Shown here: positions 1 through 7,826 of the stretch, in pieces | How the letters are laid out: the number at the start of each line of letters is the position of its first letter | Position numbering within the stretch: position 1 is the first letter of the stretch | Source of the DNA: Candidatus Moraniibacteriota bacterium | GTDB lineage: Bacteria > Patescibacteriota > Minisyncoccia > Moranbacterales > UBA1568 | NCBI GenBank assembly: GCA_963743885.1 | Contig: CAVURJ010000001.1 | Span: 279,488-343,487 of the forward strand | Length of the DNA: 64,000 bases | Direction of reading: 5' to 3' | Translations under genes and position numbers: made by a program | The notes under the pieces: generated by a model | The model's database searches: none | Told to the model about the DNA's origin: nothing | The model's input: only the letters and a program-made list of their open reading frames with translations

Positions 1-116
1 GGAGGCAGTGAAGTAGTTTTCTGCAAAAGGATTCCCAGCCCAAGGCTGGTCCGCCTCAGGCGGAAAAAGATAGGGCCGAGACCCGTCTGCTGTATAGCTG
101 GCGGGTCGCGGCTTTC

Positions 117-187
117 CGGAGCATAGTATAGTGGTAGTACGAGTGGTTTGGGACCATTTAGTCCCGGTTCGATTCCGGGTGCTCCGA
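117..187 (+). tRNA. tRNA-Pro (anticodon TGG)
   Basis: Manual cloverleaf: acceptor CGGAGCA/TGCTCCG, anticodon stem AGTGG/CCATT with loop TTTGGGA (TGG), T-arm CCCGG-TTCGATT-CCGGG. CCA is not encoded. Confidence 0.8.
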
Positions 188-295
188 CAGATGAGTTTGT
201 AAGGTTATAAAGTTGAAAGTTTATCAAGCGGAGACGCTTTACTAAGGCTTCATTAACTTTAGGAGCTTGAAAGACTTTATAAACTCGATTTTTTT

Positions 296-1318
296 GTGAA
301 AAAAATCGTTACCATAGGTGGAGGGACGGGCAGCTTCACGCTCCTGTCCGGACTCAAGAAATATCCGATCGAGTTGTCGGCTATCGTCTCTATGGCAGAT
401 GACGGCGGTTCGACCGGCGTTTTGCGTGATGAGCTCGGCGTCTTGCCACCGGGCGATGTGCGCCAGTGTCTGGTCGCGCTCTCAGATTCTTCTGAGAAGC
501 TCCGTGAGCTTATGAATTACCGTTTCGAGGAAGGCGGTCTCTCAGGACATAGCTTCGGCAATCTTTTTCTCTCGGCGCTCGAGAAGATCGAGGGGAGCTT
601 CGCTTCCGGCGTGTCTGAAGCGGCCAAGATTCTGAATGTGAAAGGAGCGGTCATTCCGGTTACAGCGACGGATACCAATCTCAAGGTGCATCTCAAGGAC
701 GGTAAGACGCTTTCTGGTGAGCATGAGATCAATACGAGCCTCAAGGTGGGGAAGATCGGTGTCAGACGCGTTCTGCTCGAGCCGAAGGCCAAGGCTAATA
801 AGGAGGCGGTGGAGAAGATCCTGGCGGCTGATCTTATCATCATCGGCCCGGGGAATCATTATTGCAGCATCATCCCGAATCTTTTGGTGGAGGGTATCCC
901 ACAGGCAATCCGGAAATCCAAGGCCAAAGTGGTCTATAACTGCAATCTAGTGAACAAGCGCGGCCATACCGATGGCCATACGCTGGATGAGTATGTTTCG
1001 GAGATTGATGGTTTTCTTGGTGGTCCGCGCGTCGACTTTGTGACGTTCAATACGAAGATGCCTGCCAAAAGCATTCTTGAGCGGTATAGCAAGGAGGATG
1101 GGGAGTTGGTGGTATTTGATCCGAAATGCTGTCCGGAACGCCGGTATCGGGTGATCAAGGCCGATCTCCTGAGTCGTCAAAGTGTTCGGTACGGCGCGAC
1201 TGACAAGATTGCCAGTACCCGTTCCTATATCCGCCATGATACGGAAAAGCTTGGTAAGGTGCTTATGATGCTCCTTGAGATTGGTGAGTACGAGAACATT
1301 CTCCGGGATATCGTCTGA
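296..1318 (+). CDS. YvcK/UPF0052 family (gluconeogenesis factor / CofD-like) protein
   Basis: N-terminal GGGTGS and DDGGSTG motifs typical of the UPF0052/YvcK family. GTG start, no close SD. Confidence 0.7.
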   Translation: MKKIVTIGGGTGSFTLLSGLKKYPIELSAIVSMADDGGSTGVLRDELGVLPPGDVRQCLVALSDSSEKLRELMNYRFEEGGLSGHSFGNLFLSALEKIEGSFASGVSEAAKILNVKGAVIPVTATDTNLKVHLKDGKTLSGEHEINTSLKVGKIGVRRVLLEPKAKANKEAVEKILAADLIIIGPGNHYCSIIPNLLVEGIPQAIRKSKAKVVYNCNLVNKRGHTDGHTLDEYVSEIDGFLGGPRVDFVTFNTKMPAKSILERYSKEDGELVVFDPKCCPERRYRVIKADLLSRQSVRYGATDKIASTRSYIRHDTEKLGKVLMMLLEIGEYENILRDIV

Positions 1319-1381
1319 TAGGCCGATATCTGTAAGAGTTTTGACACGGCGCCGACATATAGATATAATTACCATGGCTTA

Positions 1382-1540
1382 AATAACGGGTATTTACTCT
1401 CCAGGGCAAGCCCTGGACCAAAAAACGAACTAGTGTTCGTTTCTTTCCGCGGCAAGCCGCGAGGTATTTGACCCGATTTTACCTGCACTCGCTCAGAAAC
1501 GAAAGTGTACTTTCGTTTCACTCACTTCGTTTGGTAATAA
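1382..1540 (-). repeat. Copy X of a ~170 bp structured intergenic repeat family, inverted relative to copies at 48693-48870 and 58263-58423
   Basis: The reverse complement aligns base-for-base with the other two copies (ttaccaa..gtgagtgaaacga..hairpin..cgaacggagcg.aggtaaaatcgggt..cgcggCTTGccgcg..gggCTTGccc..gtgaatacccgttat). Confidence 0.75.
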
Positions 1541-1551
1541 AAGCTTTTTTT

Positions 1552-2295
1552 ATGGCAAACACATTCCCGATCACTCTGAAAGAGGTCCGCGAGGTCGCTG
1601 ATGGCACGCAGGTGTTTATCTTCGACAAGCCGGAGGGCTACGAGTTCCAGGCGGGGCAGTATGTCGCTCTTTTCGCGCCGAAGCTTGATGGTATCGAGCC
1701 GGATCAGCGCGGGTTGTCGCGTTCACTTTCGATTTCGTCGGCGCCGTGCGAGGATGAGCTTTGGTTTGCGATGCGGAAGAGCGATAGCTATTTCAAGCGG
1801 ACGATGTGGGAGCTCAAGCCGGGTGCAGTAGCGACGATCACCAAGCCAGTGGGACATTTCACGGTTCCAGAGAACGATGATCGGCCAATTGTATTTTTGA
1901 TCGGCGGCATTGGTATCACGCCAGCGAGGGCTATTCTCAAGCAGGCCGAGCATGATCGCGCGACTCGCCGGTTCACACTTTTTTATTCGAATCGTTTTGA
2001 TAAGGACGCGGCTTTCGAGGAAGAGATGCGGGCGTTCAGTCTTCCGGAGTATCGTTTCGTGCGCGTGCTCAGCAAGTCCGATGAACCATGCGCTCCGGAG
2101 AACGACGAACGTGGGTATATCTGTGAGGAAACCATCAAGAAGTACGTCCCGGCTACCGATCAGGTGCTGTATTATATCGTCGGATCGCCGCAGTTCGCGG
2201 GAGCGATGGAAACGATGCTTGATGAGATGGGTATCCCGAAAGAAAGCCGTCACATGGACCCATTCTCGGGCATGGTCGCACAGTCGGTGAGGTAG
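1552..2295 (+). CDS. FAD/NAD(P)-binding oxidoreductase, ferredoxin-NADP reductase-like
   Basis: RSLSISS (RxYS-like FAD motif) and GGIGITP (NAD(P)-binding) in an FNR-like layout. Start chosen at ATG 1552; the upstream extension lies inside the repeat element. Confidence 0.65.
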   Translation: MANTFPITLKEVREVADGTQVFIFDKPEGYEFQAGQYVALFAPKLDGIEPDQRGLSRSLSISSAPCEDELWFAMRKSDSYFKRTMWELKPGAVATITKPVGHFTVPENDDRPIVFLIGGIGITPARAILKQAEHDRATRRFTLFYSNRFDKDAAFEEEMRAFSLPEYRFVRVLSKSDEPCAPENDERGYICEETIKKYVPATDQVLYYIVGSPQFAGAMETMLDEMGIPKESRHMDPFSGMVAQSVR

Positions 2296-2339
2296 ATTTG
2301 AAATCGCGAAGCTGCCACAGAGAGGGGCTTCGCGCAGAA

Positions 2340-2420
2340 GCGGGCGTCGTATAGTGGCTATTATCAGCCCCGCCGGAGGCGGGTAAACTTCCAAGCTGAA
2401 GATGAGGGCTTTCCTTGTAG
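2340..2420 (+). pseudogene. Degenerate tRNA-Gly-like fragment (5' acceptor/D-arm/anticodon-loop-like, no T-arm)
   Basis: GCGGGCG-TCGTATAGTGG...CTTCCAAGCTGAAGATG parallels the tRNA-Gly at 2490 (GCGGGTA-TCGTATAATGG...CTTCCAAGCTGAAGATG). It carries an 18 nt insert (ccgccggaggcgggtaaa) and lacks the GTTCGATTCC T-loop. Confidence 0.4.
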
Positions 2421-2489
2421 GCGGCCGGTCGCTATCAGAGTAGAGTAGACATGTTTCGCCAAGACAGGTAGACTTCCAAAAAGAATAAC

Positions 2490-2561
2490 GCGGGTATCGT
2501 ATAATGGTTCTTATGTCAGCCTTCCAAGCTGAAGATGGGGGTTCGATTCCCCCTACCCGCT
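2490..2561 (+). tRNA. tRNA-Gly (anticodon TCC)
   Basis: Acceptor GCGGGTA/TACCCGC, anticodon stem TCAGC/GCTGA with loop CTTCCAA, T-arm GGGGG-TTCGATT-CCCCC. The D-stem is imperfect. Confidence 0.7.
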
Positions 2562-2566
2562 CTAGT

Positions 2567-2609
2567 AAAGTAAAAAGAATGGTCTCGTGCCATTCTTTTT
2601 ACTTTTTAG
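2567..2609 (+). terminator. Hairpin downstream of tRNA-Gly (terminator-like)
   Basis: aaagtaaaaagaatgg-tctcgtg-ccattctttttacttt is a perfect 16 bp stem followed by T residues. The same structure with compensatory changes follows the second tRNA-Gly (11378-11420). Confidence 0.55.
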
Positions 2610-2729
2610 CGGTAGGGGGGGGAATCGAAGGGCGCGAGGAGGATTTTGGTTGCCCGCCCAATCGATATAACAGTCCATAAGCGGCTGTTTTTTGTTCGCC
2701 CGGCAGTCGGGTATAATGATGGTGCGACT

Positions 2730-3980
2730 ATGTTGTATCTATACTCTCATCGCCGATCAACCAAGCACCGCCGATTCCTGCTCGCGGCCGCTTTGACGGC
2801 GGTTATTTCTGTTGGCTCGTACGTATTCTTCCGCAATCTGCCGCCTGCATCGCAGGATGAGGGGAAAAGAGCCGAAGAGGCGATATCCGAAGAGCAGGTG
2901 CCGCTCATCGAGTGGGTCGACCCAGATCCGGATTTTGGCAAGGATATGCCACAGTATGAGGTGGATGAGTGGCCGACGATTCCGATCCCGCCGGCGCCGG
3001 ATATGGCCCGCATGAAGCGGCAGGGGTGCGTGGCGGACGGTTTCCTTTCGGGCTATGGCGGCGATATCGACAGCTCCATCGCGCTCATCAATCGGTCGAA
3101 GTGTTACTATCTTCACCGGGCGCTCGAGACATGGCTTAAGCCGCCGGATTTCAAGTTGGCGAGGAAGATCCAGTCCAAGGTCACGAAGCCGAATACACTC
3201 TACGGCATGTTCATTGCGGAAGCTATTAGTACGAATGCTGATTACCAGTATCCGGCCGAGGACCGCGATTTCGATTTTAGCGAGATGTGTCGGCCGGGGA
3301 GTAAGAATTATTGGGGCGAACATACCTGCAAGCCGTCGCTTGATCGCAAGGAGTACCGTAAGTACCTGCACTATATCACCGAGCAGGCGATGGACATGGG
3401 TGTTCAGAGTTTCCTCTTCGGCCAGGTATTCTATCAGGATACGACGGAGTTCGAGCGATCAATCATGCCGGAAGTCATCCGAGAGATGCGTGAGTATGCC
3501 GATTTTCGCGGCATGAAGATCGTGATTGGCGCGCAGACGAACGATATCGTGGACGAACGGTATCTCAGGCTTTTCGATTTTATCGAAGGCGGCATCGGCC
3601 TCGGGTCGGATGGAAGCGTGGAAAGCGGGGCGTGCTTCTCGCGCTGGTGGAGCAAGCCCGGCGATTGGTGTTGGGCGCTCCTCTGGCATGACCGGTATGC
3701 CAAGAAGGCGAACAATGTTTTCCTTCACCTCGATTGGAGCGGCAAGATCGGCGATGATATGGACGTCTTCACCAAGATGGACAAGGATGAACGCGCCGCT
3801 GCGCTCAAGAAACTGTATACCTCCTTCACTTCGCGTGATTTCGGTTTCCTCATGCCGATGCTCGCGACACTCCACAAGGATGATGTCGGCTGCCGCGGTC
3901 CCAAGAAGCGCTTCTATTCTGCCAGCCGCAAGTATACGTGCCAGGATGAAGATGCTATCAATGTTATTTTGGGGAAATAG
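2730..3980 (+). CDS. Hypothetical membrane-anchored protein (N-terminal TM helix, large C-terminal domain)
   Basis: Long ORF. TM segment FLLAAALTAVISVGSYVFF just after the start; TATAAT at 2713-2718 precedes ATG 2730. No recognisable family. Confidence 0.55.
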   Translation: MLYLYSHRRSTKHRRFLLAAALTAVISVGSYVFFRNLPPASQDEGKRAEEAISEEQVPLIEWVDPDPDFGKDMPQYEVDEWPTIPIPPAPDMARMKRQGCVADGFLSGYGGDIDSSIALINRSKCYYLHRALETWLKPPDFKLARKIQSKVTKPNTLYGMFIAEAISTNADYQYPAEDRDFDFSEMCRPGSKNYWGEHTCKPSLDRKEYRKYLHYITEQAMDMGVQSFLFGQVFYQDTTEFERSIMPEVIREMREYADFRGMKIVIGAQTNDIVDERYLRLFDFIEGGIGLGSDGSVESGACFSRWWSKPGDWCWALLWHDRYAKKANNVFLHLDWSGKIGDDMDVFTKMDKDERAAALKKLYTSFTSRDFGFLMPMLATLHKDDVGCRGPKKRFYSASRKYTCQDEDAINVILGK

Positions 3981-4036
3981 CGTTAGAAATTAAACGTTTC
4001 GTTTGCTATACTAAGATTATATTTGACTTTAGCATC

Positions 4037-4342
4037 GTGAAGATATTCCAGAGAAAGATTGAAGATTTCGAGTGCGGGAAGTGCGGGTTCGCCGTAAAGG
4101 GGAACGGATATACCAATCATTGTCCGAAGTGCCTCTTTAGTCAGCATGTCGATGTACACCCGGGCGATCGGGCAGCGGAATGCGGCGGGCTCATGGAGCC
4201 GGTTTTCTTGGAACGGGCGGATGGCGAGCAGAAGTTGACGCATCGCTGCGTCGTCTGCGGCCATGAGAAGAAAAATAAGGTGGGTGCTGATGATGGCTTT
4301 GAGGCTTTATTGGAACTAGCCAGGAAAATTTCCAATTTTTGA
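4037..4342 (+). CDS. RNHCP-domain zinc-ribbon protein
   Basis: Contains YTNHCPKC plus additional CxxC pairs. GTG start. Confidence 0.55.
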   Translation: MKIFQRKIEDFECGKCGFAVKGNGYTNHCPKCLFSQHVDVHPGDRAAECGGLMEPVFLERADGEQKLTHRCVVCGHEKKNKVGADDGFEALLELARKISNF

Positions 4343-4560
4343 TAGAAATAAAATCCGAAATCCGAAATTCTAAACACGAAACAAATCCTAATCTTGAAAT
4401 CCAAAACGAAAAACAAGGGTTTGAAATTTCAGTTTTTTGATTTTGAATTTGTTTAGAAATTAGGAATTAGATATTAGAAATTTCAAAAGCGATTGTTTTC
4501 GATAGGATTGTTTGATATCGATAGTGCAGAAGAAAAGAAAAACGGATATAAAAAGCCAAA
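4343..4560. repeat. AT-rich low-complexity intergenic repeat tract (aaatccgaaat / gattttgaattt k-mers)
   Basis: Shares k-mers with tracts at 15186-15326, 43545-43684, 48595-48692 and 48880-48920. Confidence 0.5.
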
Positions 4561-4563
4561 GAT

Positions 4564-7107
4564 ATGTTGTGGAAGAGATTCGCATCGTATGATGCGGAAA
4601 GCTCGCTTGCTGAGCTCCAATCGTCGGTCGATGGGCTGTCGGAGGAATCCGTCCGGAGTCGGTTTTTGACGTTTGGAAAGAATGAGCTGGGCGGTAAGAA
4701 GTCATTCATCTACGAGGCCTTGCGTCGCCGCTTCAAGTCGTCGTTCCTCTACCTCTTGCTCGCTGCTGCCGTACTGGCGCTCTTTCTTGGGGATCGCCTT
4801 GATGCTCTCTTGATCGCCTTGTTCGTGGCAATCAATATTGGTCTCGAGACGTATCAGGAATATCGCTCTGAGCGATCGGCAGAGCTGCTCAAGAAATATC
4901 TCATCGTACGGGTGCGTGTCAGGCGTGATGGCCGTATGGTGATGACGGAAGGGAAGAACATCGTCCCGGGCGATATTGTGCTCGTGGAACCAGGTGACCG
5001 TCTGCCAGCTGATATCCGTTTTATCAAATCTGACGGCATCGAGGTGGATGAGAGCGTTATGACCGGTGAGTCCGTCGCTGTCGCGAAGACCGCCGATTCG
5101 CCGGACGTGCCACCGACAGAGATGTATGAGGCGGTGAATATCGGCTTTGCGGGGACCATCGTGACAGCGGGGCGTGGCGAGGGAGTGGTTTTTGCGACGG
5201 GCAAGGAGATGGCGCTTGGCGATATTGTTACGCTGACCGAGGGGACCGACCGTGAGACGGTTTTTGAGAAGGGTATGGCCCGGTTTAGCCGCTTTCTGGT
5301 GCGTCTGGTACTCCTGACGCTCACGATTATCTTTCTTGCGAATATCTTCATCAAGGGTGATGGGGCCGATCATATCGAACTCCTCGTCTTCTCGATCGCG
5401 CTTGCGGTCTCGGTGGTACCGGAGGCACTGCCGCTCGTCATGACGGTCTCCTTGTCACGCGGAGCTGTTCGTCTGGCGCAGAAGAAGGTCGTCGTGAAAC
5501 GACTCTCGGCTATTGAGGATCTCGGGAGTATCGAAGTGCTCTGTACCGACAAGACAGGGACGCTGACAGAAAACATGCTTTCCGTCGTTGATGTGCTCGC
5601 GCCCGATCGCGCAGCTTGTCTCACGGCAGCGTTTCAGGCTTCTCTTGAGGTGCCTGAGACGCGTGCTCATCTGCATGACGCTTTTGATTTGGCGCTCTTT
5701 CAGTCCTTGTCGGCCGATGAGCGGATGGTGGCGCTCGAGAAAGAGCGGATTGGGAGTATCCCGTTTGATCCGGAGCGTCGGCGCAACAGTGTGTTTGTCC
5801 AAGGCGGAAATGAACGCGCCATTATCGTGCGCGGAGCACCGGAAGAGATATTCCGTCTCTCGCATGGCATGGACCGGTATACCAGGATGCAGGCGACAGA
5901 ATTCGTAGCTGCTGCTGGGCGAAAGGGGCAGCGTGTCATCGCAGTTGCTTCAAGGCAGCTGCATACCGATGAGAAATGTACGGCGTATAGTGAGCAGAAT
6001 CTTGCGTTTCTCGGATTGATTGCTTTTTCTGATACGCTCAAGAAGACGGCCAAGCGGACCATTGCTGAGGCGCGCTCGCTCAACGTCGCGGTCAAGATTT
6101 TGACCGGTGATAGCCGCGAGGTGGCTGGCTCTGTCGGCTACGCCATCGGGCTGATTGATGACCCGGAGAAGGTGTTCACGGGTAAGGAGCTCGATGAGAT
6201 GCCGTACGAGGAGCGTCGCGACGCGGTTTTTTCTGGCTCTGTCTTTGCTCGTGTCTCGCCGCAGCAGAAGCACGATATCATCAAGCTGCTCCAGGAGCGC
6301 TACGGAGTCGGATTTCTTGGGGAGGGGATCAACGATGCGCCGGCGCTCAAGCTGGCGGATGTCGCTATCGTAGTGGATAGTGCTTCCGATATCGCTCGTG
6401 AGACGGCGGATGTCGTGCTGCTCCAAAAGAGCCTTGAGGCGCTCATCGATGGGATCCGGGAGGGGCGTTCTATCTTTGCCAATATTCTCAAGTATCTCAA
6501 GATCACGCTGACATCCAATTTTGGCAATTTCTATTCCGTCGCGCTCGCATCGCTCCTTCTGCCATTCGTGCCGCTTTTGCCGGTGCAGATTCTTCTCCTC
6601 AATCTTCTTTCGGATTTTCCGATGATTGCTATCGCGACCGACACCGTGGACAAGGCCGAGCTTGACCGACCGAAGAGCTACCAGATGCACACAGTGATCT
6701 ACCTGACGACGCTTTTTGGTGTCGTGAGCTCAGTCTTCGACTTTATGCTCTTTGGATATTTCTACCGCATTTCTCCGGAGGCACTCCAGACGGCTTGGTT
6801 TATGCTTTCTGTTATCACCGAGGTTGTGCTCATCTTTTCGCTTCGCACCAGCTTCGCCTTCTTCAAGGCCCGTCGTCCGTCCTTTGCGCTTATGTTCTTT
6901 TCATTCACGGCGCTCCTCATCGCGGTGGTGCTGCCGTTTACGTCGTTGGGCCAGGTGCTCCACTTTGCGCGCCTCGAGACGAGCTCACTCATCTTTATCG
7001 GCTGTTTGGCTGCCGGCTATTTCATGGTGACTGAGCTGGTCAAGCACATGTACGAGCGGCACCTGCGCCAGTCGCGCCGGGACGTTGCCGATCCGGTTGC
7101 CGCGTGA
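4564..7107 (+). CDS. Cation-transporting P-type ATPase (P2/P3-type, Mg2+/Ca2+-like)
   Basis: DKTGTLT phosphorylation motif, TGDS, GEGINDAPALKLADV hinge motif, multiple TM segments. Confidence 0.85.
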   Translation: MLWKRFASYDAESSLAELQSSVDGLSEESVRSRFLTFGKNELGGKKSFIYEALRRRFKSSFLYLLLAAAVLALFLGDRLDALLIALFVAINIGLETYQEYRSERSAELLKKYLIVRVRVRRDGRMVMTEGKNIVPGDIVLVEPGDRLPADIRFIKSDGIEVDESVMTGESVAVAKTADSPDVPPTEMYEAVNIGFAGTIVTAGRGEGVVFATGKEMALGDIVTLTEGTDRETVFEKGMARFSRFLVRLVLLTLTIIFLANIFIKGDGADHIELLVFSIALAVSVVPEALPLVMTVSLSRGAVRLAQKKVVVKRLSAIEDLGSIEVLCTDKTGTLTENMLSVVDVLAPDRAACLTAAFQASLEVPETRAHLHDAFDLALFQSLSADERMVALEKERIGSIPFDPERRRNSVFVQGGNERAIIVRGAPEEIFRLSHGMDRYTRMQATEFVAAAGRKGQRVIAVASRQLHTDEKCTAYSEQNLAFLGLIAFSDTLKKTAKRTIAEARSLNVAVKILTGDSREVAGSVGYAIGLIDDPEKVFTGKELDEMPYEERRDAVFSGSVFARVSPQQKHDIIKLLQERYGVGFLGEGINDAPALKLADVAIVVDSASDIARETADVVLLQKSLEALIDGIREGRSIFANILKYLKITLTSNFGNFYSVALASLLLPFVPLLPVQILLLNLLSDFPMIAIATDTVDKAELDRPKSYQMHTVIYLTTLFGVVSSVFDFMLFGYFYRISPEALQTAWFMLSVITEVVLIFSLRTSFAFFKARRPSFALMFFSFTALLIAVVLPFTSLGQVLHFARLETSSLIFIGCLAAGYFMVTELVKHMYERHLRQSRRDVADPVAA

Positions 7108-7142
7108 TGCCTTGTTCCGGTGGGGCGGAAGTCACTATCAAA

Positions 7143-7176
7143 AAAAGAAAAACCCGGGTCCGGAGACTCGGGTTTT
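7143..7176. terminator. Bidirectional intrinsic terminator between convergent genes
   Basis: aaaaacccgggtccggagactcgggttttt is a GC hairpin flanked by A- and T-runs. Confidence 0.6.
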
Positions 7177-7202
7177 TGGCGCTCATGTTTGAGCTGGCTG
7201 GA

Positions 7203-7682
7203 TCAGCCGAAGGAGTTGAGGCATTGGCCGCAGGCGATGGGCACGTGCCCGCGCGGGATCTTGGGGCGTTCGCTTGAAGACTTTCCATTGCGCGCCTTGA
7301 TGGCGCCGGCGAGCATGCAGGTGCCGGTACGACAGTCGCAGATCTGTCCGCAGGTATTCATTGGCGCAGCTTCATCTGTGTTGCCGATTCCTTCATCTTC
7401 ATCGGGAAGGGCGTTGCCGGGATCTTCCTGGGCTTCCGTGTACATTTCCGCGGCAATACCGAGCGCCCAGAGCGGGTAGGCAGGGCCGCGCGGTGCGCCA
7501 TCGGCAAAGGCTTCGTGTCCATCGCGTTCGAGTGCTTCCTGAAGAGAGGGGTCTTCGGCTTGCTCAATACGCCCCGGGAAGTCTCCGAAGTAGCGGGCGC
7601 CGCCGTTTTGTTCAGGGAAAATGAGGTCTTTTGCTGTCGGAGTGATACAGAGTTCGCCTTTCACATATCTCAATTTCGGCAT
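7203..7682 (-). CDS. Hypothetical cysteine-rich protein
   Basis: ATG at 7682 with AGGAGC SD 7 nt upstream. C-terminal CGQICDCRTGTC...ACGQC cysteine cluster. No family recognised. Confidence 0.5.
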   Translation of the reverse strand: MPKLRYVKGELCITPTAKDLIFPEQNGGARYFGDFPGRIEQAEDPSLQEALERDGHEAFADGAPRGPAYPLWALGIAAEMYTEAQEDPGNALPDEDEGIGNTDEAAPMNTCGQICDCRTGTCMLAGAIKARNGKSSSERPKIPRGHVPIACGQCLNSFG

Positions 7683-7826
7683 TTTTCTTGCTCCTCTTGC
7701 TGTGTTGGAAAGGACTGCTTTGGTTGCGGGGACAGTGTCCAGGCAATGCACATACCATACTACATATGGAGGAAAAAGCAAGTGATGGAAACAAAAAAGA
7801 GGCCGAAGCCTCTTTTTTCGTATGCG

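Noticed and set aside
1-116. Possible 3' end of a structured RNA (several short GC hairpins) upstream of tRNA-Pro
   Set aside because: Truncated by the window edge. No recognisable conserved motif (tmRNA, SRP, RNase P, 6S) was found.
2340-2660. Single ~320 nt intron-containing tRNA spanning the tRNA-like fragment and tRNA-Gly (GCGGGCG ... TGCCCGC-CCA at 2652-2661)
   Set aside because: It would enclose a complete independent tRNA and a terminator hairpin. The acceptor complementarity is most likely coincidence in GC-rich sequence.
5950-6690. 246-aa minus-strand ORF (and 4702..5373) inside the P-type ATPase gene
   Set aside because: Antisense artefact. The P-type ATPase frame carries DKTGT, TGD and GDGxNDAPAL.
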